Shown here piece by piece: positions 26,300 to 38,420 of a stretch of 64,000 nt of DNA; positions within the stretch are counted from its first letter, which is position 1, and each line of letters starts with the position of its first letter. The notes under the pieces are model-generated. The model saw only the letters and a program-made list of their open reading frames with translations. It was not told where the DNA came from and made no database searches. The stretch lies in assembly GCF_009914755.1 (NCBI RefSeq), contig NC_060930.1; one strand, 5' to 3'. This DNA is from the human T2T-CHM13v2.0 reference genome, Homo sapiens. A program made the position numbers and the translations under genes.

Positions 26300-29200
26300 G
26301 ATAGGTAGAGCAAAAGGGCCAAATAGAATACACCAGCAATGATCCTCCCCAGAGGAACACCAAATTGAACAACTGGTCACACAAGAGATCACTGCCATAA
26401 AAACAAAAAATCAGGTGAGCAATCACAGTACCCTGGTTTTAATATCATACCAAGGAAAGAAGCACTGAAGAGGGTAAGAAAGAAAGTTTAGAAATGCTAA
26501 AACTGTCATCCCCTGGCAACAGCCACATAGTGCAGAGAGAGAATCTGTGCCCTTGGGGGAGAGACAGCATAGTGATTGTGTGACTTTGCATTGGAACTCA
26601 GTGCTGCCTATCACAGTGAAAAGCAACATGGGTCAGAACTCAGCCAGTGTCCACAGAGAGAGCATTTAGACTAGTCCTGGCCAGAGGGAAATTGTCTATC
26701 CCAGCAGTCATAACCTGACTATAAGTGCTATGGGGTTCTAAATAAACTTGAAAGGCAGTCTAAGCCACAAGGGCTGCAATTCCTAGGCAAGTCCTGGTGC
26801 TGTGCTCAGAGCCAGCAAACTTGGGGTGCAGATGACCTATTTCTCACTAGGCATAGTGAGGCAGCTGATGGAGTGTCTGCATCACCCCTCCCTTAACCCC
26901 AGGCAGTGCAACTGGCAGCTCTGGGAGAGAGAAGGGGTAAAAATACACAGGACTTTGTCCTGCAACTTGGATACCAACTCAGCCACAGTAGAATAAGGGC
27001 ACCAGACAGAGTCCTAAGGCCTTCATTCCAGGCCCTAGCTCCTGGATAATGTTTCTAGACACACGCTGGGCTAGAAAGGAACCTGCTGTCTTGAAGGGAC
27101 AGATCCAGTTCTGGTAGGATTCATCACCAACTGACTGAGTGCCCCTGGGCCCTAAATAAACATCAGTGGTTTAAACATTCACAAACATCAGACCATCCAG
27201 GAAAACAGGACCTCACCAAATGAACTAAAAAAGGTACTAACGATCAATCCTAAAGAAACAGAGATGTGAGATCTTTCAGACAGAAATCAAAATAGCTGTT
27301 TTGAGGAAGCTCAAAGAAATTCAAGATGACACAGAGAAAGAATTTGGAATCCTATCAGATAAATTTAACAGAGAGATCAAAATAATTTTTAAAGATGCAG
27401 AAACTGGAGCTGAAGAATTCAATTGGCATATGGAAGAATGCATTAGAGTCTCCTAATAGCAGAATTGATCAAGTAGAAGAAAAAATGAGTGAGCTTGAAG
27501 ACAGGCTGCTTGAAAATATACAGTCAGAGGGGAAAAAAGAAAAATGAATAAAAACATAAGCACATATATGAGAGCTAAAAGATAGCCCCAGAAAGGCAAA
27601 TCTAAGAGTTATTGGCCTTATAGAAGAGCTGTAGAGAGAGATTGAGGTAGAAAGTTGATTCAAAAGGATAATAACAGAATTTTGCAAACCTAAGGAAAGT
27701 TATCAATACTCAAGTATAAGAAGGTTATACATTACCAAATGGATTTAATCCAAAGAAGACTAGCTCAAAACACTTAACAAGCAAACTTCCAAAGATGAAG
27801 GATAAAGAAGGAATACTAAAAGCAGCAACAGAAAAGAAACAAATAACATACAAAGAAGCTCCACTATATCTGACAGCAGACTTGTCAGTGAAAACCTTAC
27901 AGGCCAAGAGAGCATGTCATGACATATTTAAAGTGCTGATGGAGTAAAACTGTTATCCTAGAACAGCATATTTCATTAAAATATACTTCAATATGAAGGA
28001 GAAGTAAAGGCTTTCCTAGACAAGTAAACTGAGGGCTAACACCAGATTTGTCCTACAATAAATGCTAAGCAGAGTTCTTCAATCTGAAATAAATGAACAT
28101 TGACAATCATTTAGAAATCATCTGAAGGTAAAAACAAAAACAAAAAAAACTCACTGGTAATAATAAGCAAGAGACAAACACAGAATATTATAATGCTGTA
28201 ATTGTGGTGTATAAACTACTCAAGTTTTGAGTAAAAAAGACTAAAAGATGAACCTATCCAAAATAATAACTACAACAACTTTTCAAGACATAGACAATTT
28301 GATAAAATATAAATACCAAAGGAAAAGGTTAAAAAGAGTGGGGGATTAAGTTAAAATGTAGACTTTTTATTAGTTTTCTCTTTGCTTTTTTCTCAGCTTG
28401 TTTTTGAAATCGGTGTTCAGTTGTCACTAGTTTAAAGTAATGGGTTATAAGATGTTATTTACAGGCCTCATAGTAACCTCAAATTAAAAAAAAACTATAA
28501 AAACTACACAAAAAATAAACAGAAAGAAATTAAAACATACCATCAGAGAAAATAATCATCACTAAAAGGACATCAAGAAGGAAGGAGAGAAGGAAGGAAG
28601 AGAAAACCACAAATCAACTGGAAAACAAATAACAAAATACCAGTAGTAAATCTTTGCTAATCAATAATAACACTGAATATAAACAGACTAAACTCTTCAA
28701 TCAAAAGACATGGAGTGGCTGAATTAATGAAAAAGTAAGACCCAATGATCTACTGCCAACAAGAAAAACACTTCACCTACAAATACACACATAGACCAAA
28801 AATATATCTACAATGAACTCATTTTTGACAAACGTGCCAAGAACATACATAGGGGTATTGACAGTCTCTTCAATAAATAGTCCTGCAAAAACTGGATATA
28901 TGTGCAGAAGAATGAAACCAGACCCTGGAATAAAGGCTTAATTCAACATATGACAATATAAATCTACTAAAAGAAAACTTTGGGGAAACTTCCCAGTGCA
29001 TTGGTCTGGGCAAAGATTTCTTGAGCAATATTCCAAAAGCACAGACAACCAAAGAAAAAATGAACAAATGGGATCACATCAAGTTAAAAAGCTTCTGTCC
29101 AGCAAATAATTACAACCATCAAAGTAAAGAGACAACCCACAGAATGGGAGAAAATATTTGCAAACTATCCATCCGACCCAGGAATAATAGCTATAATATT

Positions 29201-29580
29201 TAAGAAGTTCAAACAACTCAATGGGAAAAATAATAATCTTTTTTTAAAAAATAGGCAAAAGATCTGAATAGACATTCCTCAAAAGAAAATACACAATGGC
29301 AAACAGATATATGATAAGGTGCTCAACATCATCAATCATCAGAGAAATACAAATTAAAGCTTCAATAAGATATAATCTAACTCCAGTTAAAATGATTTAT
29401 TTTTTCTCAAAAGACAGAGCATAACAAATGCTAGAAATGATGTGGAAAAAAGGTAAACTTCATAAATTGCTGGTAGGAATGTAAACTAGTAAAATCACTG
29501 TGGAGACCAGTTTCCAGTTCCTCAAAAAAACTGAAAAGAGACCTACCATATGATACAGCAATCCCACTGCTAGATATATA
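26300..29580 (+). mobile_element. L1MA1-3-like element: 5' UTR, ORF1, ORF2 with large internal deletion, 3'-truncated
   Basis: 5' UTR aatcaggtgagcaatcacagtaccctgg; ORF1 ccatccaggaaaac...gcagacttgtcagtgaaaaccttacaggcc; ORF2 endonuclease start near 28640 jumps at ~28803 to the C-terminal region. Confidence 0.88.
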
Positions 29581-29750
29581 TCACATATAGATAGATGATA
29601 GACAGATAGATAGATAGATAGGTAGATAGATAGATAGATATCTCATATATATATATCTCTCATATATATATCATATATATCTCTCTCATATATAGTATAT
29701 ATATCTCTCTCATATATATATATCATATATATCTCTCATATATGTATCTC
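29572..29750. repeat. Compound microsatellite (GATA)n followed by (TA)n/(TC)n
   Basis: tagatagatagata run to ~29640, then repeated tctctcatatatata. Confidence 0.95.
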
Positions 29751-31400
29751 CTATTTCTTTCTTAGATTTGAAGTTTCCAGTCATTATTTCTGCAAATAAG
29801 CTTTATGTCTCATTCTCTTTATCTCTCTTCTCTTTCTGAAAATTTTATGGTATATAAATTGGTCTGCTTGATAATGTCTCATAAATCACTTAGACATTCT
29901 TCACTCTTTTTCATTCTTTTCTCTTTTGACCAGTTTTTAAAATTCATTTCTTCTTCTGTTTGTTCAAGTTTGCTGTTTAACTCTAGTATTTTTTTCAATC
30001 CAGTTATTATATTTTTCAGCACTAAAATTTCTGTTTTTAAAAAATATTTTTTCTACCTCTCCGTTGATATTCTAATTTTTTCCATGCATTTTTTTTCATG
30101 AGGTCATTGAGCATCTTGATGACAGTTATATTGAGTGTTTTTTCAAGTGATTTATATACAGCTTTTCTTTAGGGTTGATTTCTGGAAATTTCTTTGATAG
30201 GGCGAGGTTTTCCTCTTTCTTCATGTGACTTGTGACTTTTTGTTGGAAGCTGTGCCTTTGAAAACAAACAAACAAATAAACCTCCCTTAATAGTTATGAA
30301 CTGGCTTTATACAAGGAAAGAACTTTATTGGCTAGCCCATCTAGAGATTCTGGGTGCTTCTCAACCCTTTTCGGTGGATGCATCTTCTCTTGAACTATGC
30401 ATGCACATATTCAGTTGGAGGAATTTACTGGCTTTATTACTCCAATAGTATTCTGTTTGGTGCTGTCTATAGTATTTCAGGCTTTCTCAAATTGTCACAA
30501 TCTGCCTACATCTCTTTTGTTCTCAGCAGTCTCCAGGATTCTAGAGTATGCCTGCGATAAGTGCTCTGAGTCAGACAAAGCAGAAGCAAATACCTTGGAG
30601 AGCCCCTTGAAAAGCTGAACTGCAGCCCACACAACAAGCTGGAACATTGGACACATGCTTTAAGTCTATGCCTCCCCAAAAGAAAATTAACAGTTGGAAG
30701 TTTTCTCCCACTTTTGCACTGAACTGGTGAATGGACTATAGTGAGTGCATGCTAATCCAAAACATTGCTTTTTCTTTCATCATCCTGAACTCTGGCACTT
30801 TTTCTTATCAACACTTAGATTCAGGCAAAACATCAACGAGTCCCTGGAGTAGGTCCCTAAAATCTAAGTGTTAGCCATATCTTTCAGTCTTTTCTTTCCT
30901 TCCCCAGGGAGAAGCTGGAATCTGGAGTCTTCTCTAAACTGTGCTACTCTCAGATAGGGGAAGGGACTATGGTGAATGATTACGTGTTAGCTCAAGTTGT
31001 CATCTTTATTCTCAGCAGCTTCCTACTTGACACACTTTCCTTTCAGCACTTAGAATCAGGCAACATAGAAGCCAGCTCCTCAGCCAGCACCCCACTCAGA
31101 CAAAAGTCAGAACGTTGAAAGTATGGTCTAGTATTCTCTTTTCCTCCCCAGGGAAAAGACAAGAGCTCAGAGATCTCTCTCTCTCAATCATATCACGCTG
31201 TGCCTTGAGGAAGAATTATGATTAGTGCCAGGAATTTCTCTAGCAGTGTCAATGGGGCTGGTTTCACCTTCATTTGGTGGGCACTCTCAACTGGCTTTGA
31301 AATTCTCAAAGAAAGCATTAGTTCATGTGCTACTGTTGAGTTGGTGTTTACTTGGGAAGAAGGAGGGCTTGTGGTTTTTTTTATTCTACCACGTTTTAAA
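29751..31400 (-). mobile_element. Old L1M 5' portion (ORF1 and a 5' UTR containing ~235-bp repeats)
   Basis: Antisense ORF1 text gtcattatttctgcaaataagcttt...cttgataatgtctcataaatc...attcttcactctttttcattc; ends tattctaccacgttt. Confidence 0.7.
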
Positions 31401-33943
31401 TTCATTTTAAGTGGCTAATTTTATCATTCATTTTTCAAACTAACATTTAGAGAGTATTCCACCCACTGTTTATTAAATCAAACTAGTGAAGTTTTTAGAA
31501 ATGAGTCATGACTGGAAATCATTGCATTCTGCCCTATAGTTAATGGCATCCTCTAAAGTCTATCAATACTTCAAATAATTACATATGAACTGTAAAACAC
31601 ACTTCTAGATAATTCTCTTAAGGTTGAAAAATGCTAAAATGAGTAGTCTACCTAAAACATGCTGGTTATATTACATGATAATTTTTATATAGGTCTTTAT
31701 TCGGCTCTTTATTGGTAATTCATATGAAAGGAAATTAAATATTAAGAGAAATATTATTTTTTCTGAAAATAAATTCAGGGAAAGAAATAAGGCAATAAAT
31801 TCTCTAATTGTTTTTGTAGCTAGAGTCCTAAATAATACAAAAACTGGAGTAATACAATTTTTAGTGCTATGAAAATGCATAGTTTAAGAAACAATTTTTC
31901 TATTAAAATGTTTCCAACAGCTTTTAAAATGTTTTCATTAAAAGTTAGTATTATTTTAGGCCAATCGTAAAACCATTATGCCCTATATTTATAATCATGT
32001 ATAATATAAAGTAGAAAGTAAAACTTGATCATTTAGGAGATCTAGCTTGGTCCTGGAATTTAAATCAGCCAAGTAAAGTCTTCTAAACATGTGTATGAGT
32101 TGTAGAAAATGACCATAAGAAACTTACATGGCAAGATACTAGAAGGGTTAGGGGAAATTACAGCAATACTAAAGGAATAATATTTTAGCCAAAATAAAGG
32201 AGCAAAGTCAAAAAGTGGCTTAAAAAGTATAAATTATTCATGATGTAGGTGGAATATAAAAGATAAATAGATATAAATATAGGACACAAAATATGTAATA
32301 ATAACAATTAAAATTAAACAAAAGAATGTAATGTTGGCATTTTAACTATGTTAACCTAAGACTATTCACCAATCAGAAAATAAATTTAAGTGTATTCTGA
32401 TTTAATGATTCCATATGTTTATGATTTCTTAGTGGTTTCTTTTTAATATTCCCATCCAAGGGTCTGCCAGTGAACACCAAATTGTCCTTCTGGCTATCAA
32501 TTGACAAGGCCCTCAGCCAATGAAACATCATTAGATTGCACTGTTATATCTATGGAATAATGTTACTGATCCTTAGGGCACAACATTGTTTTTTGCAGCT
32601 TGCAAACTCTGCTATTTTTTTCCCAAATGGAAGCTTTCATGGGGTCATGTATATGAGAAAAATTTTTTTTTACATGTTCTTGTTTTCAGCCCAAAGGGTT
32701 TGTTCTTTGTTTAGAAGCTTTCAAAGGTTTTTACTCCTCTAGGGAGATCCTCTTTCATATTTCTATATGAGTCTTTTAGAATTTTCAGGAATGGGCCTGG
32801 AGAGAAGAGAGATAGAAGGAAGGAGAAAAGAAAAAACTCATTTATTTAAATAAAATATTTCGAAAATGTGATTCTAAACATTCAGTTCACAATATATTCC
32901 ACAAACTCACCTTTTTTTCTTTTTTTTTTCAGTTTTGGTAAGAAAATAAACTGACAAACCCAGCTTCTTAACTGCTTAGTGGTCTACTGAGGTTTGGATG
33001 AAACAGAGAGAGAATAACATGAAGAAGTACCAGCTGCATTCAAATATATTTGTTGTCAGGGTAGTTACAAAATTTATTTTCATGGAGCTTCTGAAATATA
33101 ACTCTAGTATATAAGGGGTATACTAATGTAAAATGCCAAATTTAAAATGACATTTGCAGATAATAATTAAAAAGAAAATTGATGTGTATTTCTATTTTGG
33201 ATTTATTTATTAAATTTTAATTAACTGAAATCAGAAATAACCAATAACATTAAATCATTTACAGCTCGGTAATACTGGATAAACACAGTTTAGATCTCTG
33301 TAATACTGGGTGGCCATGGACCACCCCACACCCAGCTGCCAACTCAACCCTCAAAATAGGAGAAAATTTCCAACTATTGCACTGTGGCAGAGCATAGTAT
33401 CTTGTGGGAGAACAATATAAATTTTAAAATATTTTTAAAACTCTCATACTAAAACCAAACAAGGACAGAAAATGAAAAGAAATCTCATTTATAAACTCAA
33501 TATAAATAAATCCTAGATGAAGGAAGCATAAGTCAGCTGCATATCAAAGAATAATGTGTGATATACAAATGCAGTGCCTTCCTATTCATTGCTAGTGCTA
33601 TTGCACATTACTTTTTAGTGGCCAAAAGTAACAGAGAGAGTAGTTCAGTTGTAGTCCCTGCCTGGTGGAATCACAACATTCTCAATTCACATGACAAGCC
33701 ATCCAGGGAATGAAATCCCCTATCTCCCAATATATGTGCTAGTCTTGGCAATAAAACACACAGGTAGAGAACAAAACAAATGGGGATCTAGTAAAAGTGT
33801 TTTGTCTATTTAAAGTTTCTTTACAGAGTTACTAAGAAAAATGACAGGTCAAAAGAACCACATATGCTTGTTTGAATTGACAGTTATTCAAAACCACAAC
33901 TTCCATATTCTTTTTTTTCCTCTTTTGAAGTCAACTCAATTTC

Positions 33944-34015
33944 AAACCAGTACCTACTACAGGTAAACCAGTACCTACTACAGGTAAACCAGTACCTACT
34001 ACAGGTAAACCAGTA
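33944..34015. repeat. Perfect 21-bp minisatellite (aaaccagtacctactacaggt) x3.4
   Basis: Identical units start at 33944, 33965 and 33986; partial unit at 34007. Confidence 0.97.
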
Positions 34016-35181
34016 TAACACCCAGCATATTTCCCAAATGCTGTCCACCATCATGCCCATGTCATTACAATAGAGTCTCCTTTGGCATTTCAACTCAGGC
34101 TATTTACTATGAGCTTCTTTTCTTTTAACCTCTATTCATTAAGCACATCTTACTCTTGCTGAAACAGTAATTATTACCATTCACATGAAGAACAAGACAA
34201 TGTCATCAAATCTGGCATTACTATTTAGTTTGTACTTTCAGAAATAATCAATGCTTTAAAGATAACATAAGAAGAATAAAATTTGGAAAAGAAGAGATGA
34301 ACATTCATGGTAGAAATCTTGAAAAACAAAAGTGAATCAAGTGAATGGGAAATAGAAATAAGTCAAGAGTTCATCAGGTTACCACGTACAAGATCAATAA
34401 ACTAAAGTTAATTGATTTTTGTATAATATTTACTGGGAGTAGAGTTACCATAAAATGCAAAATGCTCCATTACATTTGAATTTAGCATAACCAATGAATA
34501 AATTACTGCTATAAATGTAACCTACATATTGCATGGGACATAATTATATAAAAAATTATCCTTTGTTGCTAAATATGTCAATCTTAATTGTGAAAAATAT
34601 CATATATACTTATGAATATATGAACATATTTTGAAATATACATGTTTGTATAAAAATAAATACCTGTGTCCGCGCCCCACACACAGCTTAAAAAATAGGA
34701 CACTGACAAACATTTTAAATTTCATTCTTTGCTTTTATAAATATTATAACCTCATCTCTCCACCTTTAGATGACCAATATACCAAAATAATTATTTTCAT
34801 GCTTTTTAATATCAGCTTACCAGACTCAAATGTATTTCTACATAATGTATTATTCACATTTACCTGTTTATAAAAATATTATAATAATGTTTTGTACTGG
34901 TTATATTATTGATTAATTTTTGGTGAAATCATTCATACATACTGAAGCATGCTCCTGTATTTCATTATTCCATGCAATCCAACATATACTTTGAACATAC
35001 CAAAAGTTATTAATGTACTATGCTGCTTATAAGAATATGCAATTTATGATTTATTTGGAATATATTATTTTACTAAGTTTTATGCAAGACTGTATATATT
35101 ATATATTCATAATATACAATATATAAAATCCAAGGTATACATATACATACAAATTTATATCTATATCTATAATTTTATATA

Positions 35182-35870
35182 CAGTATCTTCCCCCCTTAT
35201 CCATGGGGAATACCTGCCAAGACCGCCAGTGGATGCCTGAACTGTAGATAGTATTAAATCCTATATATACTCTTTTTCCTGTAGATACATATCTATGATA
35301 AAGTTTAATTTATACATTAGGCACAATAAAAGATGAACAATAATAAAAATAGAATAATTATATACATGAATAAATGTTATGGGAACGGGGTCTCTTTCTC
35401 TTTTTCAAAATATCTTGTCGTACTGCACACTTAGATGTGTAGTATAATAAGATATTTCCTTGTTATGATGTGAGATGACACAATGCCTATGTGATGTGAT
35501 GAAGTGAGGTGAATGAGGTAGGCATTGTAGCATTAGGTTACCAGTCACCTTCTTACAATAGTCACAAAGAGATCATTTGCTTTGAGTGATCCTGCATCAT
35601 CGAGCTGTGATGATGTTGATGATGCGGATGACTAATAGGCAAGTAATGTACGCAGCATGGATACACTAAATGAAAGAATGACTCATGTCTCGGGTGGGAC
35701 AAAACACCCACGACATGAATCATCACATGGTACAGTGTTTCTTCAGGGTATTCAGAATGACACACAATTTAAAACTTACAAATTGTTTATTTATTGAATT
35801 TTCTATTTAAAAATTTCAAACTGCAGTTGACTGTGGTAAACTTAAACTGGAGAAAGTGAAACTGGGTAAG
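35182..35870 (-). mobile_element. MER44C/D (Tigger7-derived) DNA transposon
   Basis: TA|cagtatcttccccccttatccatgggg...ccaagaccgccagtggatgcctgaa; right end gcagttgactgtggtaa...aaagtgaaactg. Confidence 0.85.
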
Positions 35871-36203
35871 AATACGTTTTGCATCTGTGTATCCTGACAA
35901 TTTCAAGGAACACACATTAAAATTAGCTTATTAAGGTATGCACATGTTTAACTTTATTGGATATTATCTTAGTATGTTCAGGCTGCTGTTAAAAGAAAAA
36001 CAAAAGCTGGGTAGCTTACAAATAACATACATTTATTTTTTACAGTTCTGGATGCTGGGAAGCCTAAGATCATGGGAAAGGTAAATTTAAAGTCTGGTTA
36101 GAGTTCACTTTCAGGTTTATAGATGGTGCCTTCTAGCTGTGTCCTCACATGATGAAAGGGGTTAGTGGTCTCTTTGGGGCCTTTTCAAAAGGCACTATGG
36201 AAC

Positions 36204-36211
36204 CACACACA

Positions 36212-36246
<35 letters not shown>
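36204..36246. repeat. (CA)n microsatellite inside L1 ORF2
   Basis: About 21 CA units with one interruption, replacing L1 'accacaaaagacc'. Confidence 0.95.
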
Positions 36247-36249
<3 letters not shown>

Positions 36250-37142
36250 GGAATAGCCAAGGCACTTGTGAGAAAAAGAACAAAGAGTTATTACATTACT
36301 AGATTTCAGACTATGCTATAAAGCCATAGTAATTAAAACAACCAACATGGTATTGGAAAAAAAAATACACACTGACCAGTGGAACAGAATAAAGAGCCCA
36401 GAAATGAACCCACCCATGTAGGATCAGCTGACTTTCAACAAAGGTGCCAAAAATACGCTATTGAAAAAGGACAGTCTCTTTAATAAATTGTCTTGAAAAA
36501 ATATGACTTCCATAGGCAGAAGAAAGAAATTAGACCTTTACCTCACACTATATAAAAAATCAACTCAAGATGAATTAAAGACTTAAACATAAAACCAAAA
36601 ACTCTAAAAGTACTAGAAAAAAAACAGGGGAAAAACTACACGACATTGGTCTGAGCAATATTTTGTATTTGACTCCAAAAATGTTGGTAACAAAAGCAAA
36701 AATAGACAAATGGGATTACATCAAACTAAGCAGCTTCTGCACAGCAAAGGAAACAACTATGTTGACGTAATTGTTAATCTAAACACTAGGAAAATGCAAA
36801 TTAAAATTACAGTGAGATATAATCATACTTCTATCAGAATGGCTTTTATCATAATGACAAAAGGTAAGAAGTGTTAGTGAGGATGTGAAGAAAAGGGAAC
36901 CCGTCTACACTGTTGGTGGGAATGTAAATTAGTACAGTTATTATGGAAAGCACTATGGAGTTTTCACACACAAAAAAAATAGAATTATTACATGATCCAG
37001 CAAACCCACTTCTGGTTTACCTAAAATATTTGAAATCAATTTGTCAAAGAGATGCCTACACTCTCAGGTTTACTGCAGCACTGCTTGCAACAGCCAAGGA
37101 AAGTAATCAACCTAAGAGTCCATTAATAGATAAATGGATAAA

Positions 37143-37479
<337 letters not shown>

Positions 37480-38361
37480 TCAGCCTTAAAAAAGAAGGAA
37501 GTTCTATCATTTACAATAACATGGATAAAATTGGAGAACATTGTTCTAAGCAAAATCAGTCAGGCACATAAAGACCACTATTGCATGTTCTCACTTATAT
37601 GTGGTATCCAAAACAATCAAACTCATAGAGGCAGAGAATGGAATGGTGGTTATAGATGTTGGGGTGTGGGGATAATGGGTTTATGACTGTCAAAGGATAT
37701 GAAATTTTGGTGAAGCAGGAGGAATATGTTTTCCATTTTTAGAGTTCTAGTGCACAGCACAATAAACATAGTCAATAACATCGCACATTTCAAAATTGTT
37801 AAGGGAGTAAATTTTAAATGTTCTACTCACAAAAAACTTAAGTATTTGAGGTGATAGATATGTTAACTAGCTTGATTTCATTATCCCACATTGTATCCAT
37901 AAATTACAACATCACATTGTACCCCATAAATTTATACAATTATAAGTTGTCAATTTACAATAATAAAAATAAATATAAGGCATTAATATCATTCATGAGG
38001 GTTCTACCTCCATGGACCAATCACTGACCAAAATCCCAATTTTCTTTTGAAAAGACATAAAAATTGAGCCTGTAGCCCCAGAGCAAACTCTCACTCCTTC
38101 CACCACAAGAGGACACAGACACATCTAGAAGGTGAAATTATAAAGGCACTAATGTCACTAATGAATGTTCTACACTCATGACCTAATCGCTTCCCAAAGT
38201 TCCCCCAATTTCCAAATATCATCACCCTTGGGGTAGAATTTAAACATACAAGTATTTAGTTTATTGGAAATAATTAACTTTATTTTTCAAAACTTTTTGC
38301 ATCAATTTACACTACTAATACATTTGTGTTAGTGAATGTTGTGCCACATCCTCAATATCAC

Positions 38362-38420
38362 ATTTCTTCATGCAACAATATTTATTGAATGCCTTTTATA
38401 TACCAGGCATTGTTTTAATT
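38362..38420 (-). mobile_element. L2 3' end fragment
   Basis: ttcatgcaacaatatttattgaatgccttttatataccaggcattgtt. Confidence 0.65.

Noticed and set aside
33944-34015. CRISPR-like array
   Set aside because: Units are head-to-tail with no spacers, there are no cas genes, and the context is eukaryotic.
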